Assembly: GCF_020745735.1 (NCBI RefSeq)
Contig: NC_083403.1
Coordinates: 74,743,003 to 74,807,002 of the forward strand
DNA: 64,000 nt
Origin: Hemiscyllium ocellatum
Taxonomy: Eukaryota
Direction: 5' to 3'
Shown here: one piece after another, positions 62,610 to 64,000 of the stretch
Layout: every line of letters starts with the position of its first letter
Position numbering within the stretch: position 1 is the stretch's first letter
The notes under the pieces: model-generated
What the model saw: only the letters and a program-made list of their open reading frames with translations
Databases searched by the model: none
Told to the model about the DNA's origin: nothing
Made by a program: the position numbers and the translations under genes

Positions 62610-64000
62610 CAACGCACCCCATTCACCTGGACACCCCATGCCTGCCTGTTACCTGCCACCGACCTCTTCATTTCAAACTGTCACCATGACATCGATCGGC
62701 TCAACCTGTCTACACCCCTCACTCCAACCGCCCACGCTCATAATGCACAGGCTGCCGCTCCATCCGCTCCAACCCCAATCTCACCACCAAACCCGCAGAC
62801 AAGGGGGGTGCAGTAGTAGTGTGGCACACCAACCTCTACACGACTGACGCCTGGCGCAGACACTCCTCCTACCATCCCCTTGATCACGACACCACCTCCC
62901 ATCACCAAACTATCATCTCCCAGACTATCCACAGCCACATCACCTCTGGGTATCTCCCATCCACTGCCTCCAACCTCATTGTCCATGAATCCTGCACCGC
63001 CTGATTCTACCTCTTTCCTAAGATTCACAAACCTGACTGCCCCACTGCGTCTGTCCCGCTGAACTCATCTCTTCCTACCTCGACACCGTCCTGTCCCCTT
63101 TAGTCCAGGTACTCCCCACCTACATTCGTGACACCACCCATGCCCTTCACCTCCTTCAAGATTTTTCCCGGCCCCCAACACCTTGTTTCACCATGGACAT
63201 CCAGTCCACATCGATCCGCTGTGACGAAGGCCTCCGAGCCCTCCGTTTCTTCCTCTCATGCCATTCCAACCAGTACCCTTCCACTGACACCCTCATCCAC
63301 TAGGCTGAACTGGTCCTCAGCCTCAACAACTTCTCCTTCCAATCCTCCCAATTCCTCCAAATTAAAGGGGTAGCCTGCCTGTTTGATGGATACGTAGAAC
63401 AGTCTGTCTTCTGCAGTTACACCAGCACCACTTCCCACGCCTTCTCATGCTCCCACGAGGAGGTTGAACAGTTCATCAACTTTACCAACACCTTCCATCC
63501 TGACCTCAAATTCACCTGGACCATTTCGGATACCTCCCTCCCCTTCATGGACCTCTCCCATCATCGTCTCTGGTGACCAACCATAGACATCTACAACAAG
63601 CTCACTCACTCCCACCCTACCTCCTGTAAAACTGCACTCCCTTATTCCCAATGTCTCTGCCTCCGCCACATCTGTTCCCGGGATGACCAATTCCACCCCT
63701 CCTAACGTAATAAGGACAGAATCCCACTCCACCAACAGCATGAATCGCATCATCCTCCGCCACTTCAGCCACCTCCAAATGGACCCCACCACCAAAGATA
63801 TATTTCAGTCCCTAACCCTATCAGTGTTCTAGAGAGACTATTCCCTCCGTGACTCCTCGTCAGGCCCACACCCCCCACCAGCCCACACCCCACTCCTGGC
63901 ACCTTTCCCTGCCACCACAGGAAGTGCAAAACCTGCACCCACACCACTCCCTTCACCTCTGTCCATGGTCCCAAAAGATCCTTCCACATCCATCAGAACT
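62610..64000 (+). mobile_element. Penelope-like element, decayed RT region running off the window end
   Basis: KPADKGGAVVVW.TNLY, FYLFPKIHKPD, AELVLSLNNFSFQSS, FHPDLKFTW and PCHHRKCKTCTH motifs; same family as 34060 and 40049. Confidence 0.88.

Noticed and set aside
1-64000. CRISPR array, rRNA, prokaryotic operon or intact autonomous element
   Set aside because: No repeat-spacer array or rRNA sequence is present, and every transposon ORF is interrupted by stops, frameshifts or deletions.

Overview
Eukaryotic, repeat-dominated DNA from a cartilaginous fish (most likely a shark, inferred from HE1-type tRNA-derived SINEs and their partner CR1/HER1 LINEs). The only host coding sequence I can support is one 121-nt + strand exon (18614-18734) of TRMT11 (tRNA m2G10 methyltransferase; penultimate coding exon by recall of the human protein), so most of the window is probably TRMT11 intron. 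The rest is a layered transposon landscape: many CR1 fragments, a decayed L1-clade element covering its whole ORF2 (9192-13303), L2 and Rex1/Babar fragments, nine HE1 SINE loci, two Tigger/pogo-like MITEs, tRNA-Lys and tRNA-Leu pseudogenes, and about ten Penelope-like element (PLE) insertions. The most notable system is the PLE set. Their terminal repeats carry minimal hammerhead ribozyme motifs, several with intact cores. Several insertions are fold-back structures with 13-14 bp target-site duplications (TSDs), including three 170-250 bp mini-elements made of little more than the ribozyme-bearing terminus. One insertion captured an inverted copy of nearby genomic DNA and carries a promoter-like GC-box/ETS-CRE cluster inside its ORF. 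All calls are by eye and boundaries of old repeats are approximate.
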